From: Girardia tigrina
Taxonomy: Eukaryota
Direction of reading: 5' to 3'
Assembly (NCBI GenBank): GCA_001938485.1
Contig: MQRK01221289.1
Span: 1 to 64,000 of the forward strand
DNA: 64,000 bases
The notes beneath the pieces were generated by a model. The model did not search any database. It saw nothing but the letters and a program-made list of their open reading frames with translations, and was not told the origin of the DNA. The position numbers were made by a program, and so were the translations under genes. Positions within the stretch are counted from its first letter, which is position 1, and each line of letters starts with the position of its first letter. Positions 40,901-52,900 of this stretch are shown piece by piece.

Positions 40901-43900
40901 GAAATAACATTAAACTAATTCTAAAATAATAAAATATCATTATGATTAATTTAGTAAAAAATATGACTACAAACTTATCAGTTATTTATATTTATAATTT
41001 CATATTTTTATATAAGAATCTGGTCATTAAGAAAACGATAGAAAGTTCCTCTACAAAAATTTTTATTAAAAACAACAATTTCTATTACAACAAAAATTGT
41101 TTGAATAATTTTTAATTGTGTTATTAATAAATTTTTGGTGTTATGAATTCTAATATTGATCAAGAACCCAACAGTAACCACGGTACTTGTGATTATACTT
41201 GTGTACATTAGGAGATTCATGGTGTATTGTTTGATGGTCAATAACACACATATATCATAGAGGTTTCATATATATACGAAAATATAGATTTTTGAGCACT
41301 TTTTTGATAATTTCAGAAATGTTCGAAAAAATCGATTTATCAGCATTTTCTCGAAAATGTTGATATGGAATCTGAATGTACGTATATGGGTTACTATTCA
41401 AGTGCATGAGTACATTTTTGATATTCTGCTTCCTTGTGCATCTAAAATTGATGTGAATTTTGTGTAAATTTGCACATTATGCTAATTATAGGAAAAATTA
41501 ATCAATATATGAAATTTCTAATTGCACATTCAGATAGAGAATCAAAATGTGTATCAAGCACATGATATTGATTTTTGACAGTAGTACTTTTAAAAAATTT
41601 TGTATTGATTTTTGCACTTTTGCATATATGCAACTTAAATAGCACTGTGCTAGCACATTAGAAATGTGCGGCATAATGTGCACTATCGATTATCACTTAA
41701 AAAATATCAATTAGCATATCTGGGCACTGTGCAGCAATCGATTAGCACTTTTCTACGGTCCTTAGTGATAGGGTCACGATTGCTATGGATATGGTAACCG
41801 TTACTATGGTTACAACCGCCTAGAACCACTGTATCCTTTGCTAATGAAAAACGTCCCTTGGTTACCGTTGCTATGGTAACGAAGACCATGGTTACCGTCA
41901 CAAAGTGACCGGAACTGTTGCTATGGTAACTGGAACCGTTGCTAAGGTATCAGGAGCCAATCAGAACCGTTGCTAAGGAACCGGGAACCAATCAGAAGCG
42001 TTTCCAAGTGAACCGGACCCGTTGCTATGACAACTGCGACCGTTGCTATGGTAACCGCGATCGTTGCTATGGTAACCGCGACCGTTGCCATGGCAACAGG
42101 CTACCCCCTGGGAGTGGGGTCTTGTGGGTCGAATGCCCATTTTTCCCCTACTTTCATCTTTCTTTATCACACCATTATTTGATTCTAAGACATTATTTTT
42201 GCTTGGTAATCCTGACGCAAATCCTTCATACCAACCCTGATGTTTTGTGTACCACTCTTTTTCGAAATATTGAAGGAATCGGTTAATTGTATTGTCCTTT
42301 AAATCATTCCACTTTTTCTTAAACAACTGGAATCATTTGTCGAATATCTCTTTAGATTCGGATAGCTGTAGAATAGAGATATCATAACGCAAAAGAGTTT
42401 TATTGTCTTTGTCGATCGCTTTGAATGGTGATTTGGATTGTGAGTCTGATCCCTCGTACGCCTTTTTCATGTGGGACCAACACATTACTGTCTTTTTTTA
42501 AGGAATTTTCACCAAATCCTGATTTGAATGCAATGGTCATTGCGTCTGTGACATCTGCTATTAAAGTGTCAGCTTCATAATAAAAATTGTCAAATTGTTT
42601 GGCACATGTCTTAATTGATTTGAATATGAATTAGAAATATTGGTTGCGTTCATTTGTGCAAATTGCTGTACCGAACGGATGAAAGCTTTTCTTTTTATCT
42701 GTTGTTTCAACCATTAACACTGGATATCCTTGATAAATCAGTTTGTATGTTGTATCGGCACAAAGGTGTTTTGATTTTTTGCATAATGAGGTCAATCGTC
42801 TTGTTGTTATCCAGATATTGAACTTGGGTGCCATTTTACCTGTTGATGGGTTCACTTCACTGCCACATTGATGCCTTACGTAAATATGATTCAAACATTG
42901 GTTGTCTTGGATTTGGCTTCTCGCACTGCACCATTCATCTAATTCTGCTAAATTAATGCATGTTTTGGATCCATTTTTTTTCTTGATTGTCTGGGTGAAG
43001 TTGCGTATTTGAATCCAATTAGCAATCTATTAGGAAAGTTATTTTCCAGTTTTTCTTTATTTGAGTTGGCTTTTGAAAGTCCACAAATATGGCCTCAATC
43101 GCTTCTTTTATCTCATGTGGTATTCCACGATTGTTTAGCTTCACATGCTCATTATGGTTTGCCTCTGATCGATACACTGGCACGCTTTCTTTGTCGTGGT
43201 GAAAAATCATGAACATTTTGGCTGGGCATCCACAAGAAGCTTTGAATTTACATTTGTAGAATTGCTTCATTCCTTCAGTTTGGCAGTCCTGAAGATCTGA
43301 TTTCACCCATAAATTGTCTTGCATTGCACAGTCTTTAGCATCGTCTTTATCACTAAATGTTTTTATCTTTTCGTGTGTTGTATTTTTTCCACGCTTATTG
43401 TTGGATCTTGTATTATTTTTATTTACTTGCTGAGATGTTTTTGGTTGTTTTGGGATTTCGATGAATTCTTCTTCACTGGAATCATCTTGATCCGGTAATT
43501 TGAAATTTTTTAAGTTCATGGCTTTTTGATTAAAATTCTATTTAAAAATAATAGTAATACAATTTATTTTACCTTTTTTAATTTTAAATTTAAATTAAAA
43601 CTTTAATTTTAAAATTTAAAACAAAAACATTTATCTTCAGTTTTAATTTATTTATCTGCTGGTATAATTCAAAAACATTATCTTCTACTTTAATTCATTT
43701 ATATTCTAGAATCATTTTTTTATCTTCTAGAATAATACATTTATCTTCTAAAATAATTTATTCCCTATATATAATTTACAATTTAACAGAGTAACAGAAG
43801 ATAGCCTATTACAACACGTATGCAGTGATTGGAGCAATAATATAAGTATTGTACCTTACAGTCTATTTTACTTTTCTCTAAACAAGGTCTCGGTTCGATG

Positions 43901-46900
43901 GTTGTTGGAATTTGATTTCTTTATTAAAGATTTCTTTGATTTTTTAGGTGATAAAAATCCTCTTCCTTTAGTCGAAAAGAAAGTTTAACACACTATCTCG
44001 ATACAAAGTTTATATTGGTGGAGTGAATCCTCTAGGAAAAAGTTTGGAAATAAATAATTATTTCCTTTGCAATAATCTTTAGAAACGTTTGGTAATTAAT
44101 TTCTCTTAATAATTCTTAAAGATTGATTTCTTTAAAATTTATCTCAAATATATATTTAATTTAATAGAGATATCAGACTTTTATATGTTCAAGCTTTTAA
44201 GCGATACTATCAATCATTTTATAATGTGCCATCAATCGATTTTCGACCTCCAGAGCGACCGATAAATGAATGATTCTCCAGCGATGAATTCGAAAGACGA
44301 ATTCCCTGCATTGGAAAATAAAATGTCATGAATATTATTTTTTGAGAAATTATATTATTTGATTTTTTTGGTTTAGCATGTGAATCGATTTTTTTCTGTA
44401 GTGATAAATTGTATTTATAAAATAGAAAAACAATATAACAAAATGTTTATTACTTGAGTCTTAGAATCGAAGGTAGCGGTTGTGCGGATGGCTTTGGCAT
44501 TGCTTCCGTGACTCATTTCTGTTAGTGCAAAGCATCCAATAATCTATTTAAAAACAATCTCACTTAATTTCTTAACGAAAACAAAAATAATTTAAATAGA
44601 ATTCATTTTTTTTGGTGTTATTATATTTAATTAGAATAAAGTTTGATCATCTTTAATATTTTACATATATATCAACTTTCCCACCAAATACCGATATATT
44701 ATTTAAACGAAGGATGTCCCAATTTCTGGACTTATAGGTTAATTATGGAGATTAATAACTAATAGCGGGCTACATGGTTTATTGACATATCTTTTATTTC
44801 TGAATAATCAAATTCACAAAACTGTAGAATGTCCAGAATCTACATGTAATTAAATATAAACAAATATATACTAAGCAGTAGTATATACCGGATGAACGTG
44901 GTTGGAACATTAAGTATCCTGACTATTATTAGTGACAAGTCATAGGCATTTTATTTTTTTCAAAAGCAAACAACTAACTTACATACATAAGTTTACTTTT
45001 CAATTTAAGAATCGGCTATTGAGTATACAAATCTATCAGCGTACTACTAATCCTGAAAACGGCATTAGAAGAATTGAAGTCACATTCCATTTAGCAAAAA
45101 AATCATGACGTCGGCTGAAAATGTTTCATGCAAATTAAACTTCTTGTTCTGAATCAACTCTTTTAGGTGTTAGAATATTCGAAAGTCAGTGGGCGCTAAG
45201 TCTGGGTTACTCAATATATTAGGTGTACAAGTATCAAATGCGGATTAAATTTTGAAAAGAAATACGTTAAAAACAAAAGAACGATAAAAAAAGCTTTATT
45301 CAAACTATGCTCCATTACTAATGATACATTTGTCCCATCTATATCTCAAATTGTGGATACCTCGCCAGTAAAAGTCTTCCTTTTTTTCCATGAACCCTTC
45401 ATCGACCCATTTTTGCACATTTTCGTAAGAATCAAAGCGCTGCTGAGCAAGTGCGTGACCCATCGATGCAAACAAATGGTAATCTGAAGGAGCCAAGTCT
45501 GGTGAATAAGCCGCATGAGGTAAAATCTCCCAATTCATTTCCTCCAACATGGCGCGAACCGGTTTTGATGTATGTGACGAAGCGTTGTCATGGAGAAGAA
45601 TAACCTTGTGTTGCCTTTTGAGGTATTCAAGTCTTTTTTGAAGCAGNNNNNNNNNNNNNNNNNNNNNNNNNNNNNNNNNNNNNNNNNNNNNNNNNNNNNN
45701 NNNNNNNNNNNNNNNNNNNNNNNNNNNNNNNNNNNNNNNNNNNNNNNNNNNNNNNNNNNNNNNNNNNNNNNNNNNNNNNNNNNNNNNNNNNNNNNNNNNN
45801 NNNNNNNNNNNNNNNNNNNNNNNNNNNNNNNNNNNNNNNNNNNNNNNNNNNNNNNNNNNNNNNNNNNNNNNNNNNNNNNNNNNNNNNNNNNNNNNNNNNN
45901 NNNNNNNNNNNNNNNNNNNNNNNNNNNNNNNNNNNNNNNNNNNNNNNNNNNNNNNNNNNNNNNNNNNNNNNNNNNNNNNNNNNNNNNNNNNNNNNNNNNN
46001 NNNNNNNNNNNNNNNNNNNNNNNNNNNNNNNNNNNNNNNNNNNNNNNNNNNNNNNNNNNNNNNNNNNNNNNNNNNNNNNNNNNNNNNNNNNNNNNNNNNN
46101 NNNNNNNNNNNNNNNNNNNNNNNNNNNNNNNNNNNNNNNNNNNNNNNNNNNNNNNNNNNNNNNNNNNNNNNNNNNNNNNNNNNNNNNNNNNNNNNNNNNN
46201 NNNNNNNNNNNNNNNNNNNNNNNNNNNNNNNNNNNNNNNNNNNNNNNNNNNNNNNNNNNNNNNNNNNNNNNNNNNNNNNNNNNNNNNNNNNNNNNNNNNN
46301 NNNNNNNNNNNNNNNNNNNNNNNNNNNNNNNNNNNNNNNNNNNNNNNNNNNNNNNNNNNNNNNNNNNNNNNNNNNNNNNNNNNNNNNNNNNNNNNNNNNN
46401 NNNNNNNNNNNNNNNNNNNNNNNNNNNNNNNNNNNNNNNNNNNNNNNNNNNNNNNNNNNNNNNNNNNNNNNNNNNNNNNNNNNNNNNNNNNNNNNNNNNN
46501 NNNNNNTACGTATGAGACACTACATAATTACTCAATATTATGACATCATTGTCTAACCATTGACCTACTTTTTGCATTGTGTACAATCCGTTTTCTGAAA
46601 TCCGCATTTCATACTTGTACACCTATAGTTGTTTTGTAGCCAAAATCCAGTTTTATAAGAATAAGTGTCCAAAAACACAATCAACATGAAGAATCTTTGA
46701 TAGATTGTCTCAGATTTTATTTTTGGTGCTGATTTATCATGTGAATGCCGCCATTCTGATGAATCTCGAGTAAATTGAGACAGAGGGATCTCATCTACAG
46801 TGACAAAGTTGAATAGAAACTGTTATCCAATATCTCTGAGGATAAAAAACATGGCACAAATCTGCACGTCAGCATTTTTATATCAAGGAATCGCAACACT

Positions 46901-49900
46901 TGACAGGCATTTTCTTTTTTGACATTCACAGTTATCCCTGTTTTGATGAGTTCCTTGCAACGTTTTTTCTAAATTTCTGTGATCACTTATCTTCCAGGAC
47001 AATCCACATAAAAAATGTCAATCATTCCACGTTTAAATTGAGTAATCCAATCGTAAAATACTGTTTTGCAGGGAAATTTTAAGTCATAAATATCTTGTAA
47101 TTCATAGATAATTTCCTGGCTGTCTATCTTTCGTACTACATGAAATTTGAATAAACTGCGATGCTGAATAATCTACGATGTAATTCAGTTATCATTTTTT
47201 TTCTTTGACCCTCCTAGACCTGATTTATTATAACTTTGAAAATTATAAGGGTTATCAAGTCTTCTTTTTTGAATTGCTGCTAAGATTCTTAAGATTTTTC
47301 ATTAGGGTTATAACTTTTAGTATTAAATTCAAAGAATTCCAAAGTACTAAATTGATTTACATATAAAAACATCATCAGATATTTCTAGTAAAAAGTTTTA
47401 TACTTCGTAATTAAAAATGTTAGCATCACGTCCAAACACCGAACTAGAGAAAAGGAATAGAACAAAACGCAGTCTACATAAATTACGTGTGTAAGAAAGC
47501 CGCAAGATATTAACGTTGTTCAAAATAATATCGAAAACAAAAACGCCGTCTTTAAGGATAAACAGATAGAGATAAGTATAGTTAGAAGGAGGTAAATATA
47601 AAGATTATAATTTGACAAATTGGATTTTGTTTACCCATTCATTAAAAAAATATAAGGATGTAGCCATCTTTGTGCAAATGAGGCATTTATTCAAAGCATT
47701 TCTAACATGTTTTCTCGTTCTTCACTCGATCCTGAGTGCAAATGAATCAAATAAATACAAATTGGTGATTATCTTACTGGCCTGATAAGTATTCCAAGGC
47801 CTTTCTGACCAAAAATCAATATAAATAAATACTGATAAATTAAAATTTTAGATTTGAAGTTCTATTCGAACAGTCTGGATCATAAAACACTGAAAATTAT
47901 CAATCCGACCTTCTTGGTAAGAAACATACAATACCAAAACAACATTGAAAATAAAACATACTTAAGGTTTCGAAATATTCCTCAAAATATGTGTCTTGTC
48001 AGTCTCTGAGTTGCCTCAGGGAATCGTCGTAAAGAAAGAGATGCTTGGACCATAATTCAATGTTTTTGATTTTGTGACATTTTGAAGACGACATAATCAG
48101 TTTAGTTTATTATATTTAGGAATATACCGGTTTTCGGCTCTGGCTCCGGAAAACCGGCTATCCAGCTATTTTTATAAAATCCGGTATCGGCTTCGGCTAC
48201 GGCGAAATTCTACCGATTGTGATGCGGGTTTTTTTCAAAACATCTTCATTTTAGAAATATTTTAATTATAAATTTTCTATTTAATCGTTAGACATATTTT
48301 TTTTAATCCTAAACTAACCTTTTCATTATAATTTTAAATTTTTATAAAATTACTTACCGGAAAAACAAAATCGTTTACCGGTATTACCGTATTATATTTT
48401 GCATTTACCGGTATAAATATCATTTTTTTTGTTTTTTAATGTGTTTCTTAATGCTTTTTTCTTTTATATTCTTCAGTAGCCGTTCTTTGAATGTGATTGA
48501 TTCATTCGGATTACTTTAGCTAACGTCTTGAATATCACTCTCAACATTTCTTTTGTGTCAATATTTGTATTTTTTTTGAAACTCATTTAAAATTTGAATA
48601 ATTGTATTTATTATTTGTGTTTTGCTTGGTATCAATAAAAAATCCGAATCGAACAGATATAATCCATCCAAAAAGTCCCGATTATTTAAAAAATGAATTA
48701 TATCAGAATATATTGTTCTCTGTTCCTCTACCCCTTTAATAATTTCATAATGTAATTTGCTTGATATTTCATTATCCTGTTTTTTTATTTCACCATTTCA
48801 ACATGTATTTAATAAAATAACAATTGAATTTCAAATGATAACGAAACTCAAAATCTGATTTTTTATGATTTAAAAAAAGGAAAATTTTAATGAAATAATA
48901 CTTATATTTTAGAAAAATTGTAATAATATTAAATTCTAAAAGTATATTTTGCAAGTTATATTCATGCAAAACATTTTTTTAACAAAATATTTTTTGTTAA
49001 TATTTTTCGGTAATTTGCCGTTATATAAAATCATTTTACAGGTAAAACCGTTAAAAACTTTACCGATTATTACCTGTAACGGTATTACCGTTGAACTCCC
49101 TATTTGTTTTATATTTAGATAAAAGTTACAAAATATTTTTTTAGTTTATTTATTATCATTTCCAGTATTAAATATGACGTTTTACATAGAATTAAAAATT
49201 TACTTTATTAATAAATCTGTTTATGGATTTTTCGTTAAACCTTAAAAAATCTACCTTAAAATTTATTGAAATATTAATTAATTTTTTTCGCTATTTTGTG
49301 AAAATCTTATTTTAACATAATCTATAGATCTACTTTTCGAAATATAATTATTTCATTATTAAATTGATTAAATTTTAAATTCAAAAATTTTATGAACTCA
49401 CCAAAGCTCCTAACAAGGCTTTTAAATATTTTTTTTCATTTTGAAAATCAATTTTTTTTATGTCTTATACCCGGGATCCGGTCAAATGACCGAGATTATT
49501 ACAAAATTATTTTTATAAATCAAATAAGGGTTCTTTTCATTTAAAATCGAGATTCTTTATTTTAAAATGAAATTTCTTCCTTTTAAATTGAGACTTTTTC
49601 ATTTAAGATTGAGAATGTTTCATTTTCTTTATTTTTATTATTTTTATTATTTTTTAAAATCTGAATTTTAATTGAAAAAACTCATTTTAAAATAAAAAAA
49701 TTTCGGAATTATGTCATTTGACACAAACCCCATATATCCATTTTTCAGAATCTAGAAATAATCGAAAGAGTATATGTTTTTCTAAAAGATAATATTTTCC
49801 AAATAGTCTCTAAATATTTATATAAAAATTTTAATTTTATCTTAAAATAATCAAAACTTATTTTAAAAATTTTTTATTAAAGTATTGTTCTTTAGAACAA

Positions 49901-52900
49901 TGAAAATAAAAGTTCTTTAAAAATAATGAAAATAAAAGTTCTTTTAAAATAATGTTCTTTAGAACAATGAAAATAAAAGCATTTTTTGTCCATTTTTGCT
50001 ATGAAACCATAACTAAATTACATAAACCCATGTAAAAGATGTACACTATCCAAGTAATCTTCGGAGACCGGAAAAAAAGAGACCAACGAAAAAAGTATAT
50101 TTTAGAAAATTAATTAAATTCAAGTAAATATATAGAAAAATTATTAAATTCAAGTAAATTTTAGAAAAATTCAAATAAAATTGACTTTTTTGTGATTTAA
50201 ATACAATAAAAAGTAAATACTATTTTCTTCTTATTTTTTTCTTCTTGATATGATTAAAAATTTCTAAGCAGAAAAATAAAAATATCTGGTAAAAATAATT
50301 ATGTAAATCTCTTTTGTGGTCTCAATCGTGCAAAAAATGTAATTAATTGTGATTATGTTCATTTATTATTAGAGTTTATTTAAAATACTTACTAATTACT
50401 GAAATGTCTCAGTAACTATTTCATTTTTCAAAAATTTAATAGATTTTTTTTATTTTCTAAAATTTACTGGAAATTTTCATTAGTGTAAATTTTATTTGAA
50501 TTTTACTAAAATTTACTTGAATTTTTTAATTTTTCTAAATTTTACTGATAAATTTAAAATACAATTTACAATTTTTATATGTTCAGCAATATTACTATTA
50601 CCCCTTAGATGTCCATGCTCACGAACCAGTTTACAGAGATGACGGACTGTCTCATCAATGTATGTGGCGTTGCACCCTTTTAAACTCAAATTTATTCACA
50701 AGATCCGAGCATAAACTCAAAGGAGTTTTCGATTTATTACTTGAACATATTCTGAATTTTATATGTTTTTGAAACTATTTTTAAATTCAAAAACATATAG
50801 AATTTAGAATATGTTCAAGTAATAAATCGAAAACTCCTTTAAGTTTATGCTCTGATCTCGTGTATAAATTTGAGTTTAAAAGGGTGCAACGCCACGAGCA
50901 TTGGAGAGACAGTTCGTCATCTCTGTAAACGTGTTCGTAAGCATAGACATCTAAGGGGTAGTAGTAATATTGCTGAACATAAAAAAACATTGTAAATCGT
51001 CCGTTAATATAATTAATTTTAAAGTTTTATGTAGCAATTTTAAAAATTATTGGGAGTGTCGTGTGAGGCATTAATAATTAAACCGGTTAATCCAGCAATT
51101 AATGTCCAATCAAATGACACAAACTTTATTAAAAGTTTTTGAGTGAAACAGTAATTACATAATTGATTACACAATAACCATTTTAACATATATTAGGTTG
51201 GTCGAAAAATAATGGCGGTTTTTGAGCTTTATACTTTGTTTATCTACTTTGATATGCACATAAGTTTAAATGCAAAATCAAATCTTATGCCCAGCTGTAT
51301 ATTCATATAGCCATTATTAACATATTGCTGTTATTTTTTAGAATATTTACGGTGCTAAATTAATAATGGAAAAAATTAAAATTCGAGCAATTTTCTTGNN
51401 NNNNNNNNNNNNNNNNNNNNNNNNNNNNNNNNNNNNNNNNNNNNNNNNNNNNNNNNNNNNNNNNNNNNNNNNNNNNNNNNNNNNNNNNNNNNNNNNNNNN
51501 NNNNNNNNNNNNNNNNNNNNNNNNNNNNNNNNNNNNNNNNNNNNNNNNNNNNNNNNNNNNNNNNNNNNNNNNNNNNNNNNNNNNNNNNNNNNNNNNNNNN
51601 NNNNNNNNNNNNNNNNNNNNNNNNNNNNNNNNNNNNNNNNNNNNNNNNNNNNNNNNNNNNNNNNNNNNNNNNNNNNNNNNNNNNNNNNNNNNNNNNNNNN
51701 NNNATAAAAACGATCCATTTCTTGATCGTATTGTTACCTGTGATGAGAAATGGATCCTGTATGATAACCGACGTCGATCTGCACAGTGGTTGGACAAAGA
51801 TGAAGTACCGAAACTAACACCCGGTAAGATTTTGGTGACAGTTTGGTGGTGTGATGCTGGAATCATCCACTATAGTTTCTTGAATCCAGGTGAAACAATC
51901 ACAGCGGAGAGGTAATGTCATGAAATTGATGAAATGCATAAAAAATTGAAAACCCTTTGTCCGGGATTGGTCCATCGAAAGAGTCCCATCCTTCTTCATG
52001 ATAACGCTAGACATCATATTTCAAAAGTGACTCTTCAAAAGCTTAATGAGTTGGGCTATGAAACCCTGCTTCATCCACCATATTTACCAGACCTCTCGCC
52101 AACGGACTTCTACTTTTTCAGGCATTTGTACAACTTCCTACGTGAAAAAATTTTCAAAAACCAAAAGGATGCTCAAAATGCCTTCTAAGAATTCGTCGCT
52201 TCGAGAACCGATGCATTTTATGCTGATGGAATAAAACAACTTGTTTCTCGTTGGCAAAAATGTATTGATGGCAACGCTTCATACTTTGATTAATAAACTT
52301 TTGTTTCTGTGAATTTGCACGTCTTTGAAGTTTGTTTCCCAAAACCGCCATTATTTTTCGACCAACCTAATATAAGCTCAACAGCTAGACTCAGAATCGC
52401 CTGATGATGACAGATATTCCGTCGAAATATGTTGCGTTAATAAAGAAATATTTATTAATTACTGAAATATCTCAGTATTATTCCAACTGTATTCTAAAAT
52501 GGCGTTTTCTAATTTCTAAATTTTACTTGAATGTAATTAGTTTTCTAAAATATTAATAATTTTATGCGGTCTCTTTGTCCGGGAATCGTAATCCTCGACA
52601 TTAGTCGAAACGACCGGACACCTTAAATTTATGTACTCAAACTTTAATCATTTCCAAATTATTATAATTTGTCAGCGAAAGAAATTTAACCAACTCCTCA
52701 CACAAATAATTAATAGATATTAGAAACATTTCAGAACGTCAAAAAATAAGAAAATCATTAAAAACAAATCGATTAAACCGAACATCGAAAGCATTGAGCT
52801 TCTCGAAATACTCGAAATGGTCGTCAGAACCGCTCATGATGCACGTGGTGCCGAACAACTGCCGTAACGAGACACATGACTCATCAAAGTGCACAGAAAC

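Larger units (their letters stand above)
50065..52585. mobile_element. Foldback/MITE-like element hosting nested insertions
   Basis: CCGGAAAAAAAGAGACC...TTTTAGAAAATTAATTAAATTCAAGTAAA is mirrored at 52515-52582. Confidence 0.45.

Noticed and set aside
42021-42100. CRISPR-like regularly spaced repeats
   Set aside because: Spacers are 7 bp and near-identical, there are no cas genes, and the context is eukaryotic.
41939-42286. ORF with repeated RCYGNRD (metallothionein-like look)
   Set aside because: It is only the translation of the 21-bp X-box tandem repeat, running antisense into a MULE relic.
45590-46622. Long ORFs made mostly of X residues (also near 17.2, 18.1, 33.2, 51.4, 56.8 and 61.1 kb)
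   Set aside because: Artefacts of translating N gaps.
48117-49102. Single hAT MITE with TAGG termini and ACCGG repeats
   Set aside because: The ends match poorly and there is no 8-bp TSD; probably fragments of separate elements.
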